From Gammaproteobacteria bacterium (GTDB lineage Bacteria > Pseudomonadota > Gammaproteobacteria > G965209235), in NCBI GenBank assembly GCA_965209235.1, contig OZ242382.1, positions 1,263,010 through 1,327,009 on the forward strand: DNA of 64,000 bases, in the 5' to 3' direction. Numbering within the stretch: the stretch's first letter is position 1; each line of letters opens with the position of its first letter. Under the pieces are notes generated by a model that saw only the letters and a program-made list of their open reading frames with translations, made no database searches and was not told where the DNA came from. A program made the translations under genes and the position numbers. Shown one piece after another: positions 9,578 to 18,799 of this stretch.

Positions 9578-10150
9578 ATGCAATCACTTAAGCCATGGGT
9601 TGTCTGGGCAGTATCTCCGCTGATTCTTGCGGGATGTTGTTCACGCGGCGTCATAGACGAGCCAGATGAAATGGATGTCTTTATGGCTGAAGCCGTGCCG
9701 ATCGAAGAAGTGGGCTCTGTTGCCAGTGCGCCTGCTGTTGCCAGCTCGACGCAGTCTGTTGCGAGCGAAGCAGTGCAGCCGGAGCGTCCGCGCGCCGCAC
9801 CGCCTGTTGCCACAGCAGAAAACCGTTCGTTGGTGTACTTCGACTTCGACAAGGCTTCCTTGAAACCTGAAGCTGTCGCATCGTTGCGTCGTATTGCACG
9901 TCAGTTGCGTCGCAACTCCCGATCCACGGTGGTTGTGCAAGGTCACGCCGACAGTCGCGGAACGCGCGAATACAACCTCGCGTTGGGCGAGCGTCGTGCG
10001 AAAGCCGTTGCTGCCTACTTGATTGATGCAGGTGTTCCGTCACGGCGTATCCGCACGACAAGCTTCGGTGAAGAGCGTCTTGCATCGCAAGGAAGCAGCG
10101 AAGAGTCGCATGCCCTCAACCGTCGGTCAGAGATCATCGTTCGACGTTGA
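9578..10150 (+). CDS. Second Pal-like OmpA-family lipoprotein
   Basis: Lipobox ILAGC with GAGGGAG 7 nt upstream of the ATG. The OmpA domain (VYFDFDKASLKPEA, GHADSRGTREYNLALGERR, NRRSEI) is clearly paralogous to the pal C-terminus. Confidence 0.8.
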   Translation: MQSLKPWVVWAVSPLILAGCCSRGVIDEPDEMDVFMAEAVPIEEVGSVASAPAVASSTQSVASEAVQPERPRAAPPVATAENRSLVYFDFDKASLKPEAVASLRRIARQLRRNSRSTVVVQGHADSRGTREYNLALGERRAKAVAAYLIDAGVPSRRIRTTSFGEERLASQGSSEESHALNRRSEIIVRR

Positions 10151-10210
10151 TGGCTAACGGCACGTAGGTTAGAGATTTTGGAAATGCCGGGGTGCCGAGG
10201 CGCCCCACGC

Positions 10211-10819
10211 ATGCTGATGCAACAAGCCTCACGTCTCGCATGGATGACGATGGGACTGGGTGTGTTGTTGTCGCCGGCTTACGCCCAAGACAATTCGCCT
10301 CAGGCCCTAGAACAACGCATTCGTTCGTTAGAGCAAATGGTGCAGGAGCAGCAGCAGCGGGTTGATACGCTCACCCGGACTGTAGCTGCGCTACGGCGCC
10401 GCGTCGCGACGGATGAGCTCCAAGTGGCGCCCAGTCGGGACGCTAGCGAAGAGGACGTATACCAAGCTGGCGTGAAGCTGTTGGATGAAAGACAGTTTGA
10501 AGATGCCGTCGATCGGTTTCAAACGTTACTCATTCGGTTTCCAACCGGCCAACGGGCGGCTGAAGCACATTTTTGGTTAGGTGAGATCTACTTTTTGCAA
10601 GATCTCCGACAAGAAGCGAAACAAGAGTTTGAGCTGATTGTCACGATGTATGAAAATCACTGGAGAACACCAACGGCTCATTTCAAGCTTGGCGAGATTG
10701 CACGAGTGAGTGCAGACTACGTCACGGCGCGTGAACAGTATGGAACAGTGATTAGCCGTTACCCCGATAGTCCCGCCGCGGGGCTCGCATCTTTAGCGAT
10801 GCGGTCACTCACAGAGTAG
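10211..10819 (+). CDS. cpoB: Cell division coordinator CpoB/YbgF (coiled coil plus TPR)
   Basis: Signal peptide ending AYAQD, coiled-coil LEQRIRSLEQMVQEQQQRVDTL, C-terminal TPR-like repeats, and position after pal. Start could be 10178-10217. Confidence 0.8.
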   Translation: MLMQQASRLAWMTMGLGVLLSPAYAQDNSPQALEQRIRSLEQMVQEQQQRVDTLTRTVAALRRRVATDELQVAPSRDASEEDVYQAGVKLLDERQFEDAVDRFQTLLIRFPTGQRAAEAHFWLGEIYFLQDLRQEAKQEFELIVTMYENHWRTPTAHFKLGEIARVSADYVTAREQYGTVISRYPDSPAAGLASLAMRSLTE

Positions 10820-10843
10820 GGTGGCGGTAAAATCGTCAGACAT

Positions 10844-10919
10844 GGGTCGTTAGCTCAGTTGGTAGAGCAGTTGGCTTTTAACCAATTGGTCACTGGTTCG
10901 AGCCCAGTACGACCCACCA
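10844..10919 (+). tRNA. tRNA-Lys (anticodon UUU), CCA encoded
   Basis: Manual cloverleaf: acceptor GGGTCGT/ACGACCC, D arm GCTC/GAGC, anticodon loop CTTTTAA, T arm ACTGG-TTCGAGC-CCAGT. It sits in the same cpoB-tRNA-Lys-nadA position as in E. coli. Confidence 0.95.
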
Positions 10920-10963
10920 TTTCGCGTTGCTAAGGAATTCCGCCAGCGGAACTAAACGAGCTA

Positions 10964-12025
10964 ATGTCGCAAACCTTACGCATACCACGGGCCTTATGGC
11001 GTGAGCATCGCGCTCGGCCGCCTGGTGACGTCTTTCAAGATCACGGCGATTTTCGCACCATGCGTGATCAGATTGCAAGTGAGCTACAGCGCCAGAACGC
11101 CTGCCTCGTTGCGCACTACTACGTGTCTGCTGACATTCAGGAAGTGGCGCTTGCGACCGGTGGGTGCGTCTCTGACTCGCTAGAAATGGCGCGTTTCGGA
11201 CGTGATAGCGACGCAACCACGTTGATTGTGGCCGGTGTGCGCTTCATGGGCGAGACCGCGAAGATTCTCAGTCCGGACAAGAGCGTATTGATCGTGTCTG
11301 ATCGCGCGGAGTGCTCGCTGGATCTCGGATGTCCGGCCGATCAGTTGGCTGAACTCAAAAAAGAACACCCAAACCATGTGCTCGTGGCTTATGCGAATAC
11401 ATCCGCCCGTGTTAAGGCGATGAGCGACTGGATCGTCACATCACGCAATGCGCGTGATATCTGCGAGAGAATTCTCCAAAGCGGGCAACAGTTGATTTTC
11501 GCCCCCGATAAGAACCTTGGTCAATGGGTGCGGGAAGAACTGGCAGCAGACGACGAAGACTTTATCTTGTGGGATGGTGCGTGCGTCGTGCACGAGGAAT
11601 TTCAAGGGGAAGGTGTTATTCGGCTGAAACACCAGTACCCTGAAGCGCCGATGTTGGCGCACCCAGAGTGTCCACAAAACGTGCTTGAGCACGCTGACGT
11701 GGTGGGTTCAACAACGGCGCTTATTCAAGCAGCGAAGTCTCGCACGGAAAAAGTGATGATTGTCGCGACTGATCGCGGGATCCTGCATGAGATGAGACGC
11801 GAAGCTCCAGACAAACGCTTTTTGGTTGCACCAGCGGCATCAGCCGGCGCGCCCTGTCGCGCCTGCGCGCGCTGCCCATGGATGGGACTCAACACGCTAA
11901 ATAGCGTTCTAGAAGTCCTACAAAACCCTTCAGAGACGCACGAGATCGCTATCGACCCGGATGTTAGCGTCCAGGCGGCGCGTCCGCTTGAGCGGATGCT
12001 GGCGTTCTCGAAAGCGCGCCAGTAG
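10964..12025 (+). CDS. nadA: Quinolinate synthase NadA
   Basis: NACLVAHYY...IQEVA...GGCVSDSLEMARFG aligns with E. coli NadA, and the C-terminal RPLERMLAF also matches. Confidence 0.9.
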   Translation: MSQTLRIPRALWREHRARPPGDVFQDHGDFRTMRDQIASELQRQNACLVAHYYVSADIQEVALATGGCVSDSLEMARFGRDSDATTLIVAGVRFMGETAKILSPDKSVLIVSDRAECSLDLGCPADQLAELKKEHPNHVLVAYANTSARVKAMSDWIVTSRNARDICERILQSGQQLIFAPDKNLGQWVREELAADDEDFILWDGACVVHEEFQGEGVIRLKHQYPEAPMLAHPECPQNVLEHADVVGSTTALIQAAKSRTEKVMIVATDRGILHEMRREAPDKRFLVAPAASAGAPCRACARCPWMGLNTLNSVLEVLQNPSETHEIAIDPDVSVQAARPLERMLAFSKARQ

Positions 12026-13598
12026 CTCCGTTTCGCGGTGGACCAAGAAGAGCTCGCTGCTGCTTCTGCAGCTCAGCCAACTCACTGATCGTCCCTTCGA
12101 CGGCGACGTACACCTCGGGGTAGTTATTGGCGAGCGGTAGCAGCCGGATGAGTTCGCGAATGGCTTGATCGTAGTGCCCTAAGCTCGCAAGGTAGTCAGC
12201 TTGGCTTCGCTTGAAGGCGAACAAGTTGCCTGAGGCCTCATGTACACGCGTGTACTCCAATAACACTGCTGGCTGTGATTGCCAATGAGGGTGGATGGAC
12301 TTCAAGAGGACAAGTGCTTCTGACGTGCGTCCGATTTCACGGCTCGCCGAGGCGGTGGCCAGTGCTAATGGGTAGTTGCCAGGTGCAAGCTCTAACGCGT
12401 CAAGACCAGCGGAAACGGCATCTCCCGGTTGTCCCGCATCTCTCATGATCTCAACCATCGACGCAGGAAACAGGAGGTTAATCTGGTCATCTTCCATGAG
12501 GGCTGCAAGGAGATCAATGGCTGATTGGTACCGGCCCAATCTCCAGTGAGCCATGGCCAGACCGTATGTCGCGATCCGACGATCGTGATTGGTGTCAGCC
12601 TTCTCCAGATCGCTCAGACTGGATTGCAAAAGGTCCAGTGGAGAGACCACGGAGTCAAGACGGCGGCGCACAAGCTGATAACGTTCACTGTCTTTGCGGC
12701 CCTTCAGGCCTCGTTCTTGAGCACTAGTCGCCAGCGTGCGCATCTTGTTGACGCGGTCGCTCGTCAGCGGGTGTGAACTCAGGTAACCCGGGAGCCGGTA
12801 GCGCTCATCACCGATGTTGCGCAACATTGTGGCAAACATATCAGCCGGGCCGTCTAGGTCGTAGTTGGCGGCCTCCATCATTCTGAAGCCCCTCACATCA
12901 GCTTCACTTTCCGCGAGGCGACTGAATGACAACGCATCTTGTTGTTGCTTGGCGAGTGAGCTAAACAATCCCGCAAACCCAACTGCCGGACCAAAGCTAA
13001 TGCCGCCAAGAATCGCCGCGAAAACGGAGAGCGCGGACCCGCGCGCTGAATCCTTTTTCGAAAGGTTGCTGCGTGCAAAGTGTTGCTCGGTCACGTGAGC
13101 AATCTCGTGGGCAGCCACGGCGGCAAACTGAGCTTCCTCATCGGCCAGTCGAAAGAGGCCATAGTTAAAACCGAACACTCCGCCGGGCACCGCGAAGGCA
13201 TTCAGACGGGGGTCGAGAAGGATCACGGAATGAAACTGCCGTCCAGCAGCGGCCAGTTGTCCTTGACGCAATCGACCAATAAGATCGTACAGCCATTCAT
13301 CGGCAATGGGATCCTGAATGGAGAGCGGCTCTCGCTGCAATTCAGCCAGCAATAGCTGCGCCAAGCTTTCCTCCTCCTTCAGCGACAAAGCCGCAGTCGC
13401 GCGGTTGCCGTATTCCGGTACATGGGGATTGTCCTGTGCCGCAGCACCCGGTGAGAGCATGACCGCAATGGATGCGACGATGTAGCTCGGCAGTGATGTA
13501 TTTAGCAAACCGCTATTGCGCAAAGATCGCGCGTGTCCTCTTCCGCACAAATGGGACACGAATACCCGCATAAGGTTCCGCATGACGTTCCGACGCAA
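11964..13598 (-). CDS. M48-family zinc metalloprotease with C-terminal TPR repeats (BepA/YfgC-like)
   Basis: HEIAHV zinc motif, a signal-peptide-like N-terminus, and TPR-like helical repeats in the C-terminal half. Its 3' end overlaps nadA by 62 nt. Confidence 0.8.
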   Translation of the reverse strand: MRRNVMRNLMRVFVSHLCGRGHARSLRNSGLLNTSLPSYIVASIAVMLSPGAAAQDNPHVPEYGNRATAALSLKEEESLAQLLLAELQREPLSIQDPIADEWLYDLIGRLRQGQLAAAGRQFHSVILLDPRLNAFAVPGGVFGFNYGLFRLADEEAQFAAVAAHEIAHVTEQHFARSNLSKKDSARGSALSVFAAILGGISFGPAVGFAGLFSSLAKQQQDALSFSRLAESEADVRGFRMMEAANYDLDGPADMFATMLRNIGDERYRLPGYLSSHPLTSDRVNKMRTLATSAQERGLKGRKDSERYQLVRRRLDSVVSPLDLLQSSLSDLEKADTNHDRRIATYGLAMAHWRLGRYQSAIDLLAALMEDDQINLLFPASMVEIMRDAGQPGDAVSAGLDALELAPGNYPLALATASASREIGRTSEALVLLKSIHPHWQSQPAVLLEYTRVHEASGNLFAFKRSQADYLASLGHYDQAIRELIRLLPLANNYPEVYVAVEGTISELAELQKQQRALLGPPRNGATGALSRTPASAQADAPPGR

Positions 13599-13599
13599 G

Positions 13600-13911
13600 A
13601 TGCCTTCTCAGCCTTATTTTGCCCGCGCGAGCGGTACAATCGTCAATCGTGGCGGGTGCGACAGTGGCGGGATTCTGCACGGGTTGATCGATGCGCGTCA
13701 CTTGGGATGCCCTATGCCGATGCTTAAAGCTGCCGTGGGGCTGTCGTGCTGCGAGCCAGGGGATGTGCTTGAGGTGTGGGCCAGTGATGAGCGCACCACA
13801 CGCGAGATGATGCAGTTATCCGTGACGAGGCGACTAGCAATGCCCGAAATGACGCCGACATCCGATGGGTCTACGGCGTATCGATTTGTGATGAAGAGAG
13901 CAACCACATGA
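13600..13911 (+). CDS. TusA/SirA-family sulfur carrier-like protein (start uncertain)
   Basis: LIDARHLGCPMPMLK carries the CPxP active-site motif of the TusA family, and GDVLEVWASDERTTREM matches the family core. Confidence 0.7.
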   Translation: MPSQPYFARASGTIVNRGGCDSGGILHGLIDARHLGCPMPMLKAAVGLSCCEPGDVLEVWASDERTTREMMQLSVTRRLAMPEMTPTSDGSTAYRFVMKRATT

Positions 13912-15077
13912 GGCAGTACACCCGCTTTAGCGAGCAAGTCGACCGTTATCTTGGGACGCCTGAGGTCCTGACCGTTGTCTTGCTAACGGCTGTCATCGTG
14001 GGCCTGATCTACTACGTCGGTCAGCTGATCGCTCCGATTTTCGTGGCGGCGGTCATTGCATATGTCATGCATGGGCTCGTCAACCTCTTGACCGGGGTCG
14101 GTGTGCCGTTTCGTTATGCGAAGTGGTCGGTGTCTGCGTTGGCTTCACTGACCGTCATTCTGATGGTCTTACTCCTGCCAAGTCTGTGGACGCAATTGCT
14201 GCGTATTCTTCAGACGATTCCGCAGTTGTGGGATAGCACGCTTGAGTGGATGCGAGATGCGACATTGCAATACCCGCAGTTGCTAGGCGCCGTGAATCTG
14301 GATCAGGTGAACGATTCCGTTCGGGAGATTGCATTCGATAGTCTTGGCTCGTTGGTCGGAAGCGGATTGGATACGCTCATCGGGTTGGGTCAGTTTTTGA
14401 TGTACACCGTTTTGGTCCCTGTCATGGTGTTCTTTTTCGTCAAAGATGGCAGCGACTACATTCGCTGGTTTGTCGAAAAGCTATTGCCAAAGCGCAGCGG
14501 ACTCATTGTTGAGGTGTGGGGCGACTTCAGCGGCAGACTGTCTTCGTATGTCCGCGGCAAGTTTTTGGAAGCCACCATCGTGGCTGTGATCTCGTGGATC
14601 TTGTTCGCCGTGGTGGGCGTGCCCTACGCGGAGCTGCTAGGCATCTTAGTGGGGTTTTCCGTTTTCGTCCCCGTGATTGGCGCAGCGATCGTGACAGTCC
14701 CTGTGGCGGCAGTGGGTGTTCAAGAATTCGGCGTTTCGTCCGGATTGATCGTCCTGCTCGCAGGTTATGCCGTCGTCCAGGCGATTGATGCGGGAGTGCT
14801 TGTGCCGTACATCTTTAGCGATGCAGTCAGCCTTGCGCCTGTCTCCATCATCATCGCTGTGATTGTTTTCGGTGGGCTGTGGGGCTTTTGGGGAGTCTTT
14901 CTCTCCATCCCGCTCGCGACACTACTCAAGGCATTCGTGGTTGTGTTACCGAAGTACACATCTAGCGAGTGGCGAAACCCTGTGTTGTCGTCCGGTGAGT
15001 CGGTGGAGCCTTCAGAGCGTCCGTCTGCTCAGCGAGCAGACTCGTCCAGCAAAGCTTCGAGCACTTCAGAAGCATGA
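13908..15077 (+). CDS. AI-2E (PerM/YhhT, UPF0118) family transporter
   Basis: About 8 TM segments with typical AI-2E topology and length, and a charged C-terminal tail. ATGA overlap with the tusA-like gene. Confidence 0.8.
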   Translation: MRQYTRFSEQVDRYLGTPEVLTVVLLTAVIVGLIYYVGQLIAPIFVAAVIAYVMHGLVNLLTGVGVPFRYAKWSVSALASLTVILMVLLLPSLWTQLLRILQTIPQLWDSTLEWMRDATLQYPQLLGAVNLDQVNDSVREIAFDSLGSLVGSGLDTLIGLGQFLMYTVLVPVMVFFFVKDGSDYIRWFVEKLLPKRSGLIVEVWGDFSGRLSSYVRGKFLEATIVAVISWILFAVVGVPYAELLGILVGFSVFVPVIGAAIVTVPVAAVGVQEFGVSSGLIVLLAGYAVVQAIDAGVLVPYIFSDAVSLAPVSIIIAVIVFGGLWGFWGVFLSIPLATLLKAFVVVLPKYTSSEWRNPVLSSGESVEPSERPSAQRADSSSKASSTSEA

Positions 15078-15520
15078 CCCTTCGGCTTCACCTTACGCCA
15101 GACGCGTCGAACGATACCTGTGGGATCCACTAAGAACGTGGAACGGTCAATGCCTTTGTATATGCGGCCGTACATGGACTTGTCCACCCAGGCGCCGTAC
15201 GAATCAGCGACGGCGGCATCGGGATCACTAACAAGTGTGATGCCAAGCTCGCGCTTCTGGCAAAACCGCTCATGACTGGCAATCGAGTCTTTAGACAACC
15301 CGACCACGGCGCAGTCGTTCGAAGCGAATTTCACGCGCAAGGCGGAAAAGTCATCAGCCTGAACGGTACAACCCGGAGTCATATCACGCGGGTAAAAATA
15401 AATGACGACCCAAGAGCCTTTCGTCTTATTCAGATCAAGCAAATGCTCGCCGCGTTCACTGGAATACGCGTCAAGCACAAACCCAGGCGCCGTGTCGCCC
15501 GTCGTCACGGGTGCGGCCAC
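15029..15520 (-). CDS. bcp: Thioredoxin-dependent peroxiredoxin Bcp
   Basis: VVIYFYPRDMTPGCTVQA (PxxxTxxC peroxidatic Cys motif) and Bcp length. Its 3' end overlaps the AI-2E gene by 49 nt. Confidence 0.9.
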   Translation of the reverse strand: MAAPVTTGDTAPGFVLDAYSSERGEHLLDLNKTKGSWVVIYFYPRDMTPGCTVQADDFSALRVKFASNDCAVVGLSKDSIASHERFCQKRELGITLVSDPDAAVADSYGAWVDKSMYGRIYKGIDRSTFLVDPTGIVRRVWRKVKPKGHASEVLEALLDESAR

Positions 15521-15588
15521 CAGCTTACTGCCAGCAAAGAAAATCGAGCCATTTTAGCAAAATTGTCTGCGGTTTGTCGAGAAGCGCT

Positions 15589-15822
15589 GTGAGCGCACTG
15601 ACAGAACTGGACTTACACTCGGTTCGCCACCACGAGGTTGAGACGCGAGTGGACCAGTTTTTACTGGGCGTCACGATGTTTCCGGTGACAATCGTATGCG
15701 GACGCAGTGAGCGGATGCATGAGATCGTGGAGGCGTATTTGCGGTTGGCAGGGTTTCAGTTTGACCGAGGACTGTCGCCGTCGTCGCCATTAGGCTACGT
15801 GCGCGTCTTGGGCTATCACTAA
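15589..15822 (+). CDS. Small Smr-domain-like protein (GTG start inferred)
   Basis: ELDLHSVRHHEVETRVDQFLL...VTIVCGRS resembles the Smr LDLHG...IIHGKG pattern, but with substitutions. The call is weak. Confidence 0.35.
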   Translation: MSALTELDLHSVRHHEVETRVDQFLLGVTMFPVTIVCGRSERMHEIVEAYLRLAGFQFDRGLSPSSPLGYVRVLGYH

Positions 15823-15847
15823 CAATACATCGGATACGGTTTAGGAG

Positions 15848-17170
15848 ATGACGATGGATGAACAGAATCACGAATTAGGTTTTCGGCGGCGCTTAGCGCT
15901 TGTAGGCGCCACCGAATCAGGTATTTCGACAGCTTTTGCATTCCGATTGCTTGTGCTCTTTGGCGTCGCAACGTGGATGTCTGGTGACATCTTGGTTGGC
16001 GCTGGGATCGCGATGTTGCTCATCGCTGTGGCCGAAGCGCTCACCTTGAGCGTAGGCTACGGGACGAGCAATATTTTGGGCGCGCTATTTGTGCGCAAGG
16101 ATCGCACAGCATCTTGGATCGCCACATTGGCGGTGGTGATGTCGGTCATCATCGCGATCGGAATCGCGATGTTGCTTTTCACGCTTTCACCACAGTTGGT
16201 GAGCGAGTTTGGGGTCACGCTTTTCGCGCAACACGAAGCGGTGACATTTTTGGATACCGCAGTCTGGTTTATCCCTGTCGCCATCGGCTACCAATCACTT
16301 GCGGCAGCGTTTCGCTCCAGTGGTCGATCAGGAATTGCGGCTGTCAGCTCGGGCGTGTGCGTCGCCACATTGGTGGGTGCGGCCGTGTATCTCACGAGCG
16401 CCGACGTCTTTGGCATCGGCGCGTTGGCCTACGCATGGGGTCTGGGATACGTGGCCGGAATATCAGTCTTGATTCTGCCGCTCCTGCTTGGGCGCGCAGG
16501 ATTGAAGATCCACGTGGGCAGCTGGACGGAGTTTGAGCACGTGTTTGAGACGGTGCGGCAAGGGTTGCCCACCAGCCTTGAGTCGTTCGTGAATGTCACA
16601 GGTGTTGCTGCCTTTTTGTGGCTGGCCTCACAACATGGCGCCGACGCGTTCGTGGCCTGTTTGATCGCTATCTGCACAGCATCGCTATTCCAGATCGTGT
16701 CAAGTTATTCCGCTGTAACATCGAGTGAGGCCATGCTCGGTCCCATTCAGCGCGGTGACTACGATCAGGCTGAGATTGCCGTCAGAGTGGTGGTGATCCA
16801 ATCGGTGAAGCGTTCGCTGATCGGCGCTCTCGTGATGATGGGCGCGGCTTATCCTATCGCTGCCATCATCGTGCCGCCAGAGAGTTTCGGCATTGCGTTG
16901 GCTGGTCTCATGTTTGTGGCCATCACGCTGCCGTTTACCGCCATGAACAGCTCGTTTGCAGGAGCGCTGCGGGGCGCGGGCGAAACGCGCCTTCCTATCC
17001 TGATGCAGATGTTATGTCTCGTGATGGTCCAGTTAACCTTGGCAGCGGTGCTGTTGCTGTTGGATGGGTCACCCATGTTGTTGATGGGTTGTGTGTTAGC
17101 GCGCGTGGTGGCTGAAACAGCGCTCAGCCACTGGGTCTTCGCGTCACGCAGTTGGCAGTGGGAGACGTGA
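15848..17170 (+). CDS. MATE-family efflux transporter-like membrane protein
   Basis: About 12 TM segments, 440 aa, and GALRGAGETRLP, which resembles the conserved MATE loop motif. Confidence 0.6.
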   Translation: MTMDEQNHELGFRRRLALVGATESGISTAFAFRLLVLFGVATWMSGDILVGAGIAMLLIAVAEALTLSVGYGTSNILGALFVRKDRTASWIATLAVVMSVIIAIGIAMLLFTLSPQLVSEFGVTLFAQHEAVTFLDTAVWFIPVAIGYQSLAAAFRSSGRSGIAAVSSGVCVATLVGAAVYLTSADVFGIGALAYAWGLGYVAGISVLILPLLLGRAGLKIHVGSWTEFEHVFETVRQGLPTSLESFVNVTGVAAFLWLASQHGADAFVACLIAICTASLFQIVSSYSAVTSSEAMLGPIQRGDYDQAEIAVRVVVIQSVKRSLIGALVMMGAAYPIAAIIVPPESFGIALAGLMFVAITLPFTAMNSSFAGALRGAGETRLPILMQMLCLVMVQLTLAAVLLLLDGSPMLLMGCVLARVVAETALSHWVFASRSWQWET

Positions 17171-18186
17171 CCGCCGCACGCCAGATTACGCTTACAGGGA
17201 TTACGACGACTGGAGTTCCGCATCTTGGCAACTTGATTGGGGCCATCCAGCCTGCCATCAACGCAGCCAAAACAGGTGATGAGGGAGCCAGCTTTCTTTT
17301 CCTTGCGGATATGCACGCGCTCACCAAGCTTCGTGATCCCCAACAGTTGAGACAGTCGGTGATTGCGGTGGCGGCGGCCTGGATGGCCGCGGGCATCGAT
17401 CTCCATCAAACGGCGATGTACCGGCAAACGGATGTTCCTGAAATTGTTGAATTGATGTGGGTCCTTCAGGCGGTGTGCGCCAAAGGCTTATTGAATCGCG
17501 CTCATGCCTATAAGGCCGCTGTGGACGCGAACACCGCCTCCGGACGCGACCCCGATGCTGGCATTGACGCCGCACTGTATTGCTACCCCGTGTTGATGGC
17601 GGCTGATATCTTGGCTTTTCGTGCGACCGCGGTTCCGGTGGGTGCTGATCAAGCGCAACATCTGGAAATGTGCCGAGATATGGCCGCGCGATTCAACCAT
17701 CTGTATGGGGAGTGTTTTCCACTGCCGGAAGCCATCGTCCGTTCTGGACAAGGGACGCTGGTCGGCCCTGATGGACGGAAGATGAGCAAGAGCTACGGCA
17801 ACATCATCGGGTTAGGGGCAACCGACAAGCAGATCAAAAAAGCGATTGCCAGCATCGTGACCGATTCTCTCGATAAACACGCACCGAAAGACCCAGACAC
17901 CAGTGTGGTGTACAAGATGCATGCGGTGTTGTTGAGCCGCGAAGATGCCCTGCAGCTCGCAGCGGAATACCGAGAAGGCATGCCATGGGGTGAGGCGAAG
18001 AAGCGCCTCACGGAAGCACTCATCGCGCTGCTAGCGCCCGTGCGTGATGCCTATAACGACTATCTCAGTCGACCAAAACAGATCGAAGAAGCGCTGGCAC
18101 AAGGCAGCGTGAAAGCGCGAGAAGTGGCGGGAGAAACGTTGCGAGAGGTCCGCGCATTGGTGGGGTGGACGGCGGCGCGATCATGA
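17152..18186 (+). CDS. trpS: Tryptophanyl-tRNA synthetase
   Basis: HIGH-type motif PHLGNLIGA, a KMSKS motif, and class Ic length. Start is TTG 17152 or GTG 17158/17167. Confidence 0.9.
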   Translation: MAVGDVTAARQITLTGITTTGVPHLGNLIGAIQPAINAAKTGDEGASFLFLADMHALTKLRDPQQLRQSVIAVAAAWMAAGIDLHQTAMYRQTDVPEIVELMWVLQAVCAKGLLNRAHAYKAAVDANTASGRDPDAGIDAALYCYPVLMAADILAFRATAVPVGADQAQHLEMCRDMAARFNHLYGECFPLPEAIVRSGQGTLVGPDGRKMSKSYGNIIGLGATDKQIKKAIASIVTDSLDKHAPKDPDTSVVYKMHAVLLSREDALQLAAEYREGMPWGEAKKRLTEALIALLAPVRDAYNDYLSRPKQIEEALAQGSVKAREVAGETLREVRALVGWTAARS

Positions 18187-18782
18187 CGGAAGGCGCCGGG
18201 ATTGCGGATGGATCGAAGGCACGTAACGCGCCGGCACTCCTTCGAAAACACCTGTACCCGGTGAGCCAAGGCGTCGCGCTTCACCTGCGAACATTCGATC
18301 TATCACGGGTCTTGCCAACGACAGAAGACAACCATATCCCACATCCCGGATGGTGGATTGAGCAAGCTGTTCACACGTCAGAAGCGCAGGGAATGACGCA
18401 CGTACATGCGTGGATCCCGCAACCCGATGTGCATGGGCCATTTACCGTTGAGCAAATCTGCGATAAGAGCGTGTGGTCCCACGAAACGCAATCCACGGCG
18501 GCGTTTGAGAGCGAGGTCAGAGGGTGGTTTCGCGAATCTCATCGCGGCACTGTTCCAAGCGATCGGACGATGCGCGGTATGGTGAATTTCGTCCGTGCGA
18601 CATTCACAGGGGACTCGATTGTTTTGCGATTGAATTTGTGTGATGAATTCAATCGAACCGCTTGGCGCAATAGCGGTGAATATGCCCATACATGGTCGCA
18701 TGTCCTCGTGGAATATCGGGAGTTTTGCATCATTCACCCGCGATCGCACACGCTCACGTTTGTCATGATCTGCTGGGACTAA
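18183..18782 (+). CDS. Hypothetical His/Trp-rich protein, translationally coupled to trpS
   Basis: The ATG overlaps the trpS stop (ATGA). I recognise no family. Confidence 0.45.
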   Translation: MTEGAGIADGSKARNAPALLRKHLYPVSQGVALHLRTFDLSRVLPTTEDNHIPHPGWWIEQAVHTSEAQGMTHVHAWIPQPDVHGPFTVEQICDKSVWSHETQSTAAFESEVRGWFRESHRGTVPSDRTMRGMVNFVRATFTGDSIVLRLNLCDEFNRTAWRNSGEYAHTWSHVLVEYREFCIIHPRSHTLTFVMICWD

Positions 18783-18799
18783 CGGAGCACAGCATCCTA

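Noticed and set aside
10920-10963. tRNA-Lys as an integration hotspot, with a possible genomic island downstream.
   Set aside because: nadA follows within 45 nt, as in E. coli. There is no integrase, direct repeat of the tRNA 3' end or foreign genes.
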